Below, piece after piece: positions 1 to 15,989 of a stretch of DNA of 64,000 bases (positions within the stretch are counted from its first letter, which is position 1; the number at the start of each line of letters is the position of its first letter). Location: contig OZ024741.1 of NCBI GenBank assembly GCA_964016885.1, forward strand, positions 139,066,001-139,130,000. Reading direction: 5' to 3'. The notes under the pieces were generated by a model. That model saw nothing but the letters and a program-made list of their open reading frames with translations, was not told the DNA's origin and searched no databases. The DNA comes from Eledone cirrhosa. Lineage: Eukaryota. Both the position numbers and the translations under genes were made by a program.

Positions 1-555
1 GGTAAAGAAGAGTGTTAGGCTGGTTGATCTGGTGGGAAATTCGTTATATGATTGTTATAGTCTGTGTGTGGAGAAAAGATATAAGCATTAAAAATAGTGC
101 AAGCATTAAAAGTATTAAACGTATTGGAGATGCACAGCGAAGGGATGACAAGGACCTCATGTACTTCGACATTTTCATGGTCAGGGGAGTGTATTCTTCG
201 ATTATATGCCCCTCACATAATCCACGGCAATTCTATATTGAGCGTTTGACAATCCAGTTAGAGAATCGTAGTCCGATGTTCTTTAGTTCAATACAGGAGG
301 CTGTTACGTTTCGCGAAACGACATTGAATACTACCCGAAAGTGTGTGTGTGGCTAAGGGGAGTTAATGCATGAGGGGAGGTAACTCCGGGTTTTCTATAC
401 CTAGCTATTGAAATGTCTCAATATAGACCCTAATTTCTATGGTTATGCGCAACTTCCAAAAAATTCCTAAAGCATAAAGTGTTTTAACTATAGAGTAGTT
501 TATTAAGTTGTGCTGAAGGTGTTCGTATTCTTATGGTGAATTAACCCCCATCCTA
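1..555 (-). pseudogene. Possible highly decayed PLE RT fragment
   Basis: Frameshifted minus-strand traces (DGG..., LRITIE, RYRKP) resemble the Naiad RT thumb region at 41.7-41.9 kb. Weak. Confidence 0.3.
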
Positions 556-1203
556 GGGTGCCACAAATGAATATTATAGACGATGAGCGAGGATTCTAAA
601 TTAATGATCCCTGTGGTTGTACCCTACTCATAGGACCAGGCGCGGTGATTGCAGAATCACTTCAAGACACAATGAACTCTGGTAAGTTCTGGGTCATCGC
701 TTGCTACATTGGATGTCGAAAGGTAATCATCATCAGGGCCGGCCAGAGGTCAATCCGCAGTCCTCATGACCTCACTCTGACCATAAAATCATCCATATAT
801 GTACAACCCGCACGGCGGTTGCAATACATTCATTCTCTGCACTCAGCGTACTGGTCCTACTGCTCAACAGCGTTACTAGATTAAATCGTTTTTCATCTGT
901 CTAAGGAAGGCACTTCCTCCGCACAACACCACCAAACTAATCAATTCATGCTTAAATTACCTATAGAGCGGTGTAGTGCAGTTCAAGTGGGTGGATGTTG
1001 TCACATTATAACCGCTTATCTTCATGTCGCATTTTAACCTGTATTTTTGATTTTTGATTGTACCTTTTATTATGAATGTAATCTCGAAGTGTGTACTGCC
1101 ACTCTAAATGCTGTAATGAATGTTGACCCACAATATTTGCATATGTATCGGTATGTCTCTTGGCTGAAAAGGAGGTCATATAACTGTCCATTAATTAATA
1201 AAT

Positions 1204-1250
1204 TGCTCCGAAGAATACAAACCTCGGTTTGGAGGAAACAGCTGTAAGCA
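1204..1250 (+). ncRNA. Hammerhead, U4C core (family A)
   Basis: TGCT-CCGAAGA-ATA CAAACC TC GGTTTG GAG-GAAAC-AGCT-GTA-AGCA; palindromic stem III loop. Confidence 0.65.
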
Positions 1251-1305
1251 CAATAATGTTTTGAACAGTTCTTTGATTCTTATATTTCATATATATATAT
1301 ATATG

Positions 1306-1434
<129 letters not shown>

Positions 1435-1435
1435 T

Positions 1436-1494
<59 letters not shown>

Positions 1495-1501
1495 ATATAC
1501 A

Positions 1502-1560
<59 letters not shown>

Positions 1561-1691
1561 GTGAGGTTTTTTTTACAAAATGAAAAATAACCGAGGTGTC
1601 CTACACGAGTGGAAGTATAAAGAAAAAGGGATGAAATCGAAAATGCAACTGAAGTCTTATTTTTAAAAAAAATATATATATTTATTTGGTT

Positions 1692-1729
1692 CCTTTACCG
1701 GTTTCGTAGTTCTTCTGCTTTTCAAAAGG
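1692..1729 (-). ncRNA. Minimal hammerhead with a U3-A8 core (family B)
   Basis: Minus strand reads CCTT-TTGAAAA-GCAG AAGAA CTAC-GAAAC-CG-GTA-AAGG. It lies in a fold-back repeat at 1555-1853; the family recurs at 54119-54293 and 55365-55462. Confidence 0.65.
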
Positions 1730-1849
1730 TGAGTTGAGATGGAGGGTCTGTGGTTTTTCTCACATCGAAAACGGTAAAGGAACCTAATAAATATATATAT
1801 TTTTTAAAAAAATAAGACTTCAGTTGCATTTTCGATTTCATCCCTTTTT

Positions 1850-1886
<37 letters not shown>

Positions 1887-2007
1887 TGTATATATATAGT
1901 GTATTTTGCAATACACTGTATGCTTAATTAAAAGCATTTCGAACACCTTACGCTACTGTTTTAGAGTAGTGACAGTCTCACTTACTTTAAATGTTCAGCA
2001 AACAAGA

Positions 2008-2065
<58 letters not shown>

Positions 2066-3979
2066 CCCTGTGTGCGCGAGTATATGACCACATAATTATT
2101 CTCTAATTTCCATCTACCAACTTCTACTCAAATATGGCTAGTCAACATATGGCTATAGTAGACGACGACACTTGACCAAGGTCTTACGCAGCATTACTGT
2201 GGTCTCTCGCATGGGGTTGGAAAAATATCACCTTAATACAACCATGTGTATGCATTTGAACAACATTTGGGTCTAATTTACGAATGTTTCGTAAAGAAAC
2301 AATCGTGTGTCAAGATATAAACGATATTTAGATGAAAATAGTTCGTCTCTGCGGTAAAATATGCTGCGTCCACTGGCTATAATGTAGCAGAGAAAAAGAA
2401 TAATATAATCTTTGTTTATCGGAACTACATATATAACTATCAATGCTAAAACAAATGTCATTTAACATATTCACACTCACATTAGGCAGACAAATGTATA
2501 GAAGTATCATTTCATTAAAATAGCAATTATTTATCAAATACATGTTAATGTAACATCAGCTTTCATATATGAATCTGAATGCTTATGGACGTAAATCTAT
2601 TCTACATGCCACCACCATAAATGAAGGTCAGTTTGCCTCGTGGTCCTTGCCGACAGGATGAAGAAGGCCTTTGTCACAATACGTAATGTGATAATTTCAT
2701 GAACGGCCGTGTTCTGGTGTTCCATAAAAATCCTTATTTAAGTTTTCACTTTGTAGAGGATCCCTACATGTGTAGGTAATAGCACATACTCATTCCTGAC
2801 GAAAAGGTTGCTTTCTATAACAATATTGACATTTACATTTAGTTTTAATACTACTAAATCAAAGTAACCCAAATTGAAAACAAAACAATAAAAACGATGA
2901 ATGATTTTGATATTTTCAACTTTACCTTTCATCTATAAGTAAAGCATCGTGTCGGCCTTCCTATGTTAATGTTATTGCTTTATGTCTTACATCTGAGGGA
3001 CGTGTCATGTATTATAGCCTCGTGTACACATATGTCTTGATGGTGACATTTTCATCTATATTAAGGCTTTACTATACGTATCTGCTTGTAATTTAACTAG
3101 TCTGGCATCTACTGACCACTTACGCTTCGCTCCGAAATAAAGCATTCAATCTAATATTAAGGAATATGAAGTGGATTCGACCTTCGAATCCAGAACCCGA
3201 TTGACGAACACATTATCCACACACTGCTTTTCAATTTGAGATGGCAGACAACGGTTTTGTTGAAATTGTTAGAAAGATCAGAGAAACCTTCCTGAAGTTA
3301 AAACCTACATTCTTGAGAGGAGATTGACACAATTAATAACCTCCTGAATACTTAATATCTAAAATAATTGAATGGCCAAGACCTGATTGCCTTTGATCAC
3401 GAATCTTCATAATCAGATCTTTACGAAGGAATAACAACAGCAGTACAGCATATCTACATAAATCATCGATGTTTTGTTCTCAAACTAAATTCTCTGCAAT
3501 CGTTCTGTTTCAGGATAGAATGTTGGTGATACGTTTATCTTGTTAAAACAAAGAAATTGTATTTGTTCGATATTCATCATATTTACAAAAATAGACAAAT
3601 CAACATTTAAATCTCTTCTCACTGAATCTCTATATCTCAATATACAAACAGAGTTATGGTAGTTGATTGTAATGAGATCATTAAAATATCTTTGCACCAT
3701 TACTTATCTTGATTAACGCTACAGCAAATGCTATCATGAAGAGATGTTTTTGGAACAACACACCCGGATAGACAATATAGAAATACAAAACAATAAAAAC
3801 AGAAATGTTATATTACGGCCTTATCAATGATAGGCTCACGCAGAAACACACGAGCGGTGATAGCAAACACGCAGAAACACACGAGCACAGGCACACACAT
3901 ACATTTACACATATATATGTATGTATATTTTTGCCCGATATAGATTTGTTAGTTTTATTAATGTATTACTTTAAATCGA

Positions 3980-4612
3980 GTCAGGCAAACCATATTGTAT
4001 TAAGTTACTATTTTTTCAACCACCATAATACTCTTGCTTACCCGCTTAAAGTACTTTTATTACATGTAATAACTTGCCACACAATACTCGTATATAAATG
4101 AGACACACTTGCATGCTCCATGTATGACTAACCCATACACTATCTACTAGATCTGATTATCGGCCTATCCTCTTGCATTATCTGTATTATCTTCTGCATG
4201 TATTTTAATTTTGATTTTAAATTTGAATTGCTATACAAATATAGTATAGTATAATATATGTCACTCCACTGTACATCAATATATGTATATATATAGGTAT
4301 CTGTATGTCTCTTGCGTTGGATAGGAGATCAATTATATGTACAAGCATTAAAACATGCTCCGAAGACTCCAAGCCTAGGTTGGATGAAAGAATTGTAAGT
4401 GAATAAATGCTTTGAACATAGCTTTGATTCTTGTGAATTCTATATAACTGCTCTGTAGAACAACTGATGTTCTTACATTGAGCTATTTATCTTACTGGTA
4501 ATAAGGTAGTAATAAATTACTGACCTTCCCTCTTTATAGTTTAAAATATACATAACTATAAAAAGTTTAAAATATACATAACTATAAATAGTATCCTTAA
4601 TATTATATATAT
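3980..4612 (+). mobile_element. Family A pLTR-like repeat with a hammerhead at 4356-4401
   Basis: Homologous by eye to 14830-15455 and 59370-59585. Motif TGCT-CCGAAGA-CTCCAAGCCTAGGTTGGAT-GAAAG-AATT-GTA-AGTG. Ends in (TA)n. Confidence 0.7.
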
Positions 4613-4683
4613 ATATATATGTATATATATGCATATATATGTATGTATATGTGTATGTATATGTATACATGTATGTATATATG

Positions 4684-4745
<62 letters not shown>

Positions 4746-4894
4746 ACGAAGGAATTGTGGGAAGGAACCAGATGGACCATAACGCACCAGAGTACTCAAT
4801 ACTTAAAGTAGTAGAGTGAGAAATAAGGAAAGAGAATGATCCCACCGGGGTCCAAAAATAGCCGTCGAAACGGCTTGAGCTCTGCCATTACCCT

Positions 4895-4940
<46 letters not shown>

Positions 4941-5589
4941 GGTTGTATTTGTAAAGCCAAAACAATGCAGGTATGGACATAGAATAAAAATGCAAATGCA
5001 AGAGGTATTGTTGACAATTGGTCTTTTACCTTAGATGTATTTAAATGTCCTTAATTTCCGAGATAATATCTCTTCTTCGGAGGGAAGTAAAGCGGTTAAA
5101 CCAGTGTTCTAAGTAGCTTGCCAAGTCATGCTGACAGGAAATGGTATAGAGTATCTGTTCTATCTCTAATGTCAAAGAGTTAAGGTTAGGTGGATAAACA
5201 GTAGTCTCCCTTTAAAAGGTATTTTGTACACGTCTGTTTAAGTGTGTGGGAGAATGCGTGAAGGTGTAAGTATGTGTGTGTGTGTGTGAGTGAGTGTGAG
5301 AAGATATGTCTATACGAAAATGTGGGGGATAGATGTTCTCTCGTGTTAGAACTCGTCTTTGTGTGTGTATGTGTGTGTGTGAGAGAGAATAAGTGGAGGT
5401 ATAAGCGTGTGTGTGTGCGTGTGTGTGGGAGGGAGCGGGGTGTAAGTATGGGGCTAGATGCTCTATCAAGTTATAAATTGGGTGTTGAGTTCTAGTATAT
5501 TATTGATTGGTGGTTGTGTTTTGACTATAATTAGTGCTTCCTTAATTCTAAGATTGCCGAGCTTTATTTCCTTAGTTTCTATCCTAAAT

Positions 5590-7364
5590 TATGGCTCGAC
5601 ATAGAAACGAATTTCTGTATGGTTGCCTACCAACTAAAATGGATATCGACTCTTGGCAACAACACCACGGAATCTAACAAACCCAGATTCCCGATATACC
5701 AACTGGATCGCCCACTCTGTCCACCGCCTGCCAACCGCGAGCTTGAAGAAAAACTCTCGAAGCTAAAACATTCCGTATTTAACATCTTACGGAAACTGTA
5801 GAAGATAACCCCAAACCTCTCCAGGATACAACAACTCGCCCTGAAGAACCTACTGTATAAGGAACTTATAAACTTACCATCCGACAAAGGCAGAGAGTTT
5901 TGCGTCATCTCTCAAGCCAGATACTACAACCTAGCCTTTGAACACCTAAGCGGCAATGAACCATATACAGAGATCCCCGACATGACTGCAGACCAGATCG
6001 AAAAACAGACCAATTCCATCTGGTTCGACCACTGTAGGAGAAGACAATTCCCAAATAAAGTTAAGCTCAACTACACCACTAGAAATAGCAGACTGCTCCG
6101 TTTCTACCACCTCATCAAGACCCACAAGAATAGTATTAAGACACAAATAAGACCCATCGTCTCTAGCATAGAAGGACCCCTATACAAAATCTCCTGGCAC
6201 CTCTCCCAGGTCCTCAAGCCTCTACTCTCCCCCTTTCCCGGGCATGTCAGTAGCTCCACCGAAGTCATACGTAGACTACACCAACTCCAGCCAGAACAAC
6301 TTAAACTAAATAGATACGCCTTTAGCCTCGACGTTGTCTCCCTCTACAACAGGATTACCCTTGGGTCCAGCCTATCGGGCCTGCTGGCCATCACCTATAT
6401 GAACCAGCTAGAATGCCGAGCCCTCAACACCTGCCATTCCCATACCTTCTTCACCTGATATGCAGATGACATACTCATCCTTACATAATCCCGTGAGGAG
6501 GAGGATAAAATATACACAACATTCTCCAGCATGGACGCCAGTGTAAAGTTCAGCATGGAACACCCCGATGACCGCGGATTCCTATCGCTACTGGACTTCC
6601 ATCTCAGGGTAACAGAGGAAGGCAACATCCACACCTGCTTCTATAAAAAAGCCGCCTGCAGGGACCTGTTCGTACCTTCTCAGATCGCCCCCCCCATCCA
6701 GCCGGCGCTAAGTTCGGACACATAAGGAACGAACTACCACGTATCCGGAACAAATGCACCGACGCTAGATACCGAGACACACACACCACACATTTCCTGG
6801 AAGTACTCAAACTGAACGGATACACGACATCCACCACAAACCGTGCCAGAAAGAACAGAGGACACTACACCCTAGGCACTAACACTTGCTTCCCACACTT
6901 CAGTGACGAAACAACAGCCATCCGCAGAGCTATCAGACGAGAGGGACTAGATATCCAACTAGCACACCCAGGACCTTCTCTACGCGGACAGTGAACCAAA
7001 AGACACTCCACTAGACATGACAACCGCTGCAGGCTAGCCAACTGCCCCATCAATGACACAGACCTATGCCACCAGGCTTACGTTTGTATACAGACTAGAG
7101 TACGACAAATGCAGTAACTTCTACGTAGGTAGCACCACCAGACCACTCCACATAATAATAAAAGAACACCTCAATACTAACGCTTCCTCATTTAAGAAAC
7201 ACCTAGTGAAATGCAAAAACACCGACAACACTATAACAGTTAGGATAGAAACTAAGGAAAGAAACCTCGGCAATCTTAGAATTAAGGAAACACTAATTAT
7301 AGACAAAACACAACCACCAATCAATAATAGACTAGAACTCAACACCCAATTTATAACTTCATAG
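5590..7364 (+). pseudogene. PLE reverse transcriptase + GIY-YIG endonuclease (disrupted)
   Basis: Motifs FYHLIKTHK...IRPIVSSIEGPLYKIS, SLDVVSLY, LGSSLSGLLA, YADD (6459-6470, preceded by TGA, probably CGA>TGA), FLDF-like LLDF...FYKK and FVYRLEYDKCSNFYVGST. Several stops and frameshifts. RT motifs A and B' are abnormally adjacent, implying an internal deletion near 6350. Confidence 0.88.
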
Positions 7365-7747
7365 ATCATCTAGCCCCATACTTACACCGACCCCACACAC
7401 ACGCGCATACACACGCACGCACACACACACACTTACACTTACACTTATTCTCTCTCACACACACACAAAGACCAGTTCTAACACGAGAGAATATATATCC
7501 CCCACATTTACGTATAGACATATCTTCTCACACTCACACACACACACACACACACATATACTTACACCTTCACGCATTCTCCCACACACTTAAACAGACA
7601 TGTGCAAAACCCCTTTTAAAGGAAGACTACTCTTTATCCACCTAACCTTAACACTTTGACATTAGAGATAGAACAGATACTCTATACTATTTCCTGTCAG
7701 CATGACTTGGCAAGCTATTTAGAACACTGGTTTAACCACCTTACTTC

Positions 7748-7782
7748 CCTCCGAAGAGGAGATATTATCTCGAAAATTAAGG
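7748..7782 (+). ncRNA. Minimal type I hammerhead, U4C core, in the 3' pLTR
   Basis: CCT-CCGAAGA-G-GAGAT ATT ATCTC-GAAAA-TTA-AGG: stem I CCU/AGG, 5-bp stem II, palindromic AAUU stem III. An inverted copy with GGAAA lies at 5049-5083 (-). Confidence 0.6.
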
Positions 7783-7937
7783 ACATTTAAATAAATCTAA
7801 GATAAAAGACTATTTGTCAACAATATTTCTTGCATTTGCATTCTTTATTCTATGTCCATACCCGCATTGTTTTGGCTTTACAAAGACAAACGTTTATACC
7901 TCATTACACAACGCTTCAAGTTAACTGTAACTTCCTC

Positions 7938-8014
<77 letters not shown>

Positions 8015-8094
8015 ATATATGTATATATATATGTGTGTGTGTGTGCGTCTGTGTGTGTCTGTATGTGTGTGTGTATCTTCACATTTAATATTAT

Positions 8095-8140
<46 letters not shown>

Positions 8141-8169
8141 GTGAATGATACAATATATAACTACTCCAC

Positions 8170-8229
8170 CACCAAACGTTTCAGGACCCTAGACAATATT
8201 AAGATACATCTAGTTCGCTCATCAGGAGG
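8170..8229 (-). ncRNA. Candidate decayed hammerhead
   Basis: Minus strand reads CCTC-CTGATGA-GCG AA CTAGA...TCTAG GGTCCT-GAAAC-GTT. Stem I pairs poorly. Confidence 0.4.
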
Positions 8230-8425
8230 AAGGTTATAAATATACGAAAATACGAAATGAAATCGAAAATCTATTAAAATTGAAATTGAGTTTGGAAAAT
8301 ATAACAGAAAATATACATAGGAAATAATATGTATAAAACATTAAATAAAAAATTATATAGAAAATTGTATAAATTAGTAAGCACATACATACACATATAT
8401 ACGCATTTAGATGTAAGTAAAAATG

Positions 8426-8480
<55 letters not shown>

Positions 8481-9208
8481 GACAAATACATATATGCGTG
8501 ACATAAATACATACATATATATATGTATATATTAAAATATAAATATTAATAAAATAGATGTTCTTTTGATCAATTACATTTTATTATACATATTTCAGAT
8601 GTACAACAGTACGTCCTTATCAGACAACATATAATGATACATGCCCTTAGATGTTAAATGGTTAAGATTTAATCAAGGTAGTGATTAACCTAATAGACAA
8701 TTTAACATTTATACCCTAACAATGAGAAAATGCGAACACGTAATAAATTCAATGGAGAATGTGTAAGATAAACTTTGCTTAATGTACCAGTTGTCGAGAT
8801 TTTAATATGTATGATACTACAGTTTATCTAGGAAAGCATTTCATGAATTATAACAGTCAGCGAGAGCCACTGGAAAAGAGAGCGAAAGATGAGGGGGGTA
8901 ATGCATGCAGAAGGATATTTTTTTTCGAAAGTTAAACGGTTACATATATCTTTGTGTTACATATAAAGTCTATCTTATCCAGGTTTCATGGCGTGGAGCG
9001 ACTGAGAGTACAAGTCTATCCCCTGGACAAGATGCTAGTCCATCGCATTGTTAAATCCCTAGCTGTTGCTGGTACTAGTTCGGATCTAGCCGTCGAAACG
9101 GCGAGAGCTTAGCCCTCGGGGACCTAACTCTTTTCCTATTACCCACTCTACCACCTTAAGTATCGAGTGCGCTATGGTCCACCTGGTAACTTACCACACC
9201 TTCTTTTG

Positions 9209-9261
<53 letters not shown>

Positions 9262-9528
9262 CATATATGTATATATATATATATTGTTATACTTTGGGAG
9301 GGTCATGTTGCCAATAAGAAACACACGCACCAGTTGCTTTCACTTCAATTTAATTTAATATATATTTATAAATTTACAAATTTATAAATTTCTGGTTGGC
9401 AACATGACCCTCCCAAAGTATAACAATATCGGTTTCAACACACGATTTCAGATAAAGAATCTTGCTAAACAAATTCAGAAACGAAATATATATATATAAA
9501 TATATATATATACATATATATATATATT

Positions 9529-9559
<31 letters not shown>

Positions 9560-9594
9560 GTATATATATATATATATATATACATATATATATG

Positions 9595-9686
<92 letters not shown>

Positions 9687-9875
9687 TATATACATACATA
9701 CACGCACACACACATTACATGTGTATATATATATGGACTTTTTGACATTCGTCCTGTGCTTTGAGAAAACAACATCATACTTCAGCACTGAGAATATCAA
9801 AAATTCGAAATATCTGATGTAAACCTTATTCAATTAATATGGTTTTTTTTAGGGTTTCTTCGTTCAAATTGCAGC

Positions 9876-9930
9876 TGTCTGACGAAGTCATAGCTGTTGA
9901 ATAATGGTTATCACCGAAATATATATAACA
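9876..9930 (+). ncRNA. Candidate hammerhead
   Basis: TGT-CTGACGA-AGTC ATAGCTGTTG AA TAATGGTTAT CACC-GAAAT-ATAT-ATA-ACA. It lies in a short island of about 260 bp between microsatellite arrays. Confidence 0.55.
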
Positions 9931-9984
9931 TAGAATAAGATCAACCGAAGTTAATTTTAACCCGTTGACTTAGACACCTCTTTT

Positions 9985-10285
<301 letters not shown>

Positions 10286-11671
10286 CAAAATATAAACATG
10301 AAATTAGCAGGCACGTGACTGAATATTCCACAGACATTGAATATTCCACAGACATGTGTACCCTTCACGTTGTTCTCGAGGATAAAGCGTGTGACAAGAT
10401 GGATCTTTGAATTATAATTACAGCTCATTTTACGTGGTCTTGTAGGTAACAGGAAATACAATTTTGTTCTCAAAGGTACTTGGGCGCACTGGAAATCGAA
10501 TTCGCTTCTTTACGATCGTGCGTTTGAACGTACTAACTTTTACGCAGGGGACCTCCACATGTTTAAATGAATATAAGTAAAACATAAATAAAGTGCACTT
10601 CTTATTTTCTCATGTTGCCTTACTTGTCAATTTGTGTTACAATCGATAAAAATGCACTTCATTTATCGGCTATAAATCAATTGCGTGTTCTAAAGGAAGA
10701 AATGGAGTGATCAATAATAATATACGATTGATGGAATTCGTGCAGATTTATTCCGATTTAAGATTTTATTGCCAATGAAATGTGTTATATTTCTAATTGT
10801 GTGACTAATGTTCTAGACTAATTTCGTTCATCATGTAAGATTGTGTTATGCAATGTATTTATGTGTGGATTTGTAACTCCTGAAGGAATCGTTGGGAGTT
10901 TGTAAAGATTTTTTTTCTTTTACACATGGCGAAGCACATCTTCTCTCCATGTTTGAATACAGCAGAGAGTGAATGAAAGTGAGTAAGGGATATAGAGAAA
11001 CCATCAACCCCAGTAGTAGAGCGGTACGTTATTTATCGAGCTTGAATTAATGGGTGAACAGGAAATTTAACCTCAGCGGGATTTGAACTCAGAGAACAGA
11101 GAGGCGAAACGAATGCAAGAAAGCATTCCATGCGGCATTCTAACGACTCTGCCACTTCATCACCTAGTGTAATATAATGCAAGCCCGCAAATTGACAGGA
11201 TATTTAGAAGGTCCTTACATTCATATGAAGTGCAAAGGCACCGGCTTCGTAGTTGGAAACTTGGGCTTATGATCACATATTGGTGATTTAAAACCTGGCG
11301 GCGTGCACTGTCCTTACTCAACGCACTTTATTACATGTTGCTCCCCTTCACTCAACTGGAAGAACTGAGTTGTACCTGCGATGCAAATGGTTAACGCATG
11401 GCACATGATGTCAGGCTGAATTACCATGAGAATTGTATTAAGGTTACATGTGTCTATTGACTGCACTTAATATCTTGAGTAAGCTATTCCGTTGATCAAA
11501 AACAGGAAGACCCTCCACCGGATTTGACGGGGTTCCAATATGGCCCATATTGGTGTACATGTATAAGTATATAAGTCGATGTATATAGGAATGTAAGTAT
11601 GCAAGTGAATTTACGTGTTGTCAAATTCCAGCAATCCTTCTTCCACGAGAGATTTATAGTTGACTGATATA

Positions 11672-11752
<81 letters not shown>

Positions 11753-11774
11753 GCCAGTTCCTACAACGGCGTCA

Positions 11775-11899
11775 TACCGGTACGTACGTTTCGTTAGTCC
11801 TGAGTACCATCTTGTTCAACCTGTGTCGGTCTATAACCTACATTAGAATTTTGGATAATAAACCACTTGCTTATTTCTCCCGACATATCTTCAGTGGCA
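11775..11899 (-). ncRNA. Candidate hammerhead with long stem II
   Basis: Minus strand reads TGCCA-CTGAAGA-[about 95 nt]-GAAAC-GTAC-GTA-CCGGTA, with a palindromic stem III, next to (TA)n. Confidence 0.35.
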
Positions 11900-14122
11900 G
11901 AAACGTCCACCAGCATCGTGGGTTTGTGATACTGATTTTATTTCACTTGACACATAAATTAATGTTTCTGTTCTAGTTTTACAGTCAATGAAATTGCTTG
12001 CGTCAGAATAGTTTAAAGTGATAGTCTATGCCTTTAATTGTATTACAGTCCCTGAAGAATCACATCAAATCTCCCTTATCAAAAAGTTGAATACAAAGAT
12101 GTGTGCTGAACTATTTCCTATTGTAAATCCTGATGAGGTCGGGAGGGCGGCCACATGATGAATGGTATGTCTAGACCACTTTAACACTGGTAAATCCCAA
12201 AGACTTCTGAACCCGGCTGAGAAACAGAGAGAAAGACAGACAGAATAGAGAGAAAAAAGATTGACCGAGAGAGGGAGAGTGCGAGAGAAAGGGAAAGATT
12301 AAGAAAGATTGAACACGAGTTAATTAAGGAGAAGAGAGAGTGGGGTGAGATAAAGAATCGATAATACTGGGCTGTTATATTTTAACGACCTCAGAAGGAT
12401 GGAATGCAAAGTTGACCGTTGTCGGTTAGGAAAGCAGGGAATGCAGAGAGCCGGAATGAATACCGTCAAATATCTAATGACACTGCTCATTTGTCGCCTC
12501 CTATGCTATATTGTTTGATGTCCATATTTGTAATATATCTTCTCATCGTCTGAGAAAAATCACACGAAATTACCTGTATTCCTCATAGTCATACCTACAG
12601 GACCCACGTCAGGTACATGGTTTCTGCATATTTCAGAAATCATCTGCCCTAATGCTTAGCGGTTTCAACGCATGATTATAATTTTGTGTGTTAGATTCTT
12701 GGAACTGGCAGTGCTTTCTTTTATTGAATAAAATATTTATTTTGCGTTGCTTTTTACCAGAAGCTATAGCTGAAAGATAGTATCTGCGATGTAATATCAA
12801 TGAAACCAACCTACTTTTTGGGGAATATCAGCCATCGAGAGAAACATGTTAAGGCCAAATATTTCCCAATTACAGCATATCATTTTGATTAGACAATATA
12901 ACACAGCGTTTGATTTTGTATTCCTTGATAAACACTGTCACAATTTTAATTTCAGTATGGCATATCAAACTGTTGCATCTCGATCACCGTATTTATTCGG
13001 AAATTTAAGATTATATATTATAAATATAAATGTTTAAATGTATTGTAAATTTCTGAAAAGCTCCAGACCGAGTGTCCATTACTCTGTAATCTCTATAGAC
13101 AGTGTTTAAAGAGTCATTAAATATATTTCAATGCTAACAAGAGTAGAAATGTATTTATCCAATATTTCAGCTTCACTAAGCCCTCTTTGCTTATCACTTA
13201 TTTACTCTTAATAATTATTCCCTGTCTCACGTAGCTTTGCATAAAGATACTCGTCTGCCATTTATGACACTGGAATATTCAATTATATTTTAGTAAATAC
13301 TTAGGAGAACATAATATTAAACAGATCAATGTATGTCGCCTAAATTATTATGATACACTTCTAAATTGGTCAGTAATTTTGTTGTATTTAATCATATCAT
13401 AGAATTATTTCTCTTCCTAATATATTAAATAAATCTATTTAAACTCAGATAATTAAAAGGAGTGAGTCTTATGATGCCTACGGTTAATGCATTTCATGAC
13501 ACTGTTTGATGCCTCAAGTTGAAACCAGTCAGAGTAACATAACTGCTACGTCACCACCATAATCTTCTGGTAAATATTTGGAAGTAGTTTTATGATATTA
13601 ACCAAATATATACGGCAGCTTAAAATACGACTCATTTCTACCTATTTACAACGATGCGACACACTTGTAACTATTTACACCAAGCTGGATCAATATGGAG
13701 ATATGTATGTTCTTTTTCTTCTTGCTGGAAGTTCGCATGTAAATTAACACACATACACACACATACAAGGCTGATATAACAGAAGGTAAATACGTCATTA
13801 TAAAAGGTAACGTTTGTATCACGTTTTCAGAAACTTCATCTGATTTCACCAAATTCTGAGCTGTCTATTCATAAATTATTGTATATTTCAGTATTACCAA
13901 TTGATCCACGTAGAATATTTTCTAACTACATTTCTTAATGATGCCACAGTTTGATAACATAACAATTTATATAATATTTTCATATACATACCAACCTACA
14001 CATACACAGACGCATACATATATAAATACATGCATATTTCTAAAAATAAAAAGGGAAAAAAAAAATTTTTCTTCCTAATAATCGTCTTTTTCTCCCTGTT
14101 TTCATATATATATATATATATA

Positions 14123-15583
<1,461 letters not shown>

Positions 15584-15714
15584 CTGTATGTGTATATGTA
15601 TATATATATATATAAACGAATAGTAGAGAGGAAATAGATTTTTTCAGTAGAAAATTCTGAATTTTCAATATAATATCCAAATATTTATTTATAAAGTGGA
15701 TATTTCCGCTTGTA

Positions 15715-15752
15715 ATAATACCGGTTTCAGCATTATATGCTTTTTCAACTGC
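15715..15752 (-). ncRNA. Candidate U3-A8 hammerhead (family C)
   Basis: Minus strand reads GCAG-TTGAAAA-AGCAT ATA ATGCT-GAAAC-CG-GTA-TTAT. Stem I is weak. The partner copy at 17572-17609 (+) has CAAAC. Confidence 0.45.
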
Positions 15753-15989
15753 AGATATGAATAATGTAGTTAAGTTGCATATTTATACGAATTATAAAAA
15801 GGGGAAGAAAATATTACTTTTACATTCATATTTAGAGAGGAAATTCATATCTCTGCCCGCTTCTCTTAGCCAACTAACAGAGAAAGGACAAACACGGACA
15901 GAGATATTAACTTTTCTATCTAAATATGTATGTAAAAACTAAAAAAATGTTTCTTCCCCTTTTTATTATGAGTATAAATATGCAACATA

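Larger units (their letters stand above)
4937..7897 (+). mobile_element. Decayed Penelope-like retroelement (Penelope/Poseidon-like) with an inverted 5' pLTR
   Basis: 4937-5586 is the reverse complement of 7241-7897. Between the arms are RT fragments and a C-terminal GIY-YIG. (TA)n arrays lie on both sides. Confidence 0.9.

Noticed and set aside
12130-12225. Hammerhead CTGATGA-GGTCGGG...CCCGGCT-GAGAAAC
   Set aside because: Stem II closes, but stem III, NUH and stem I are replaced by (GA)n. At best a remnant.
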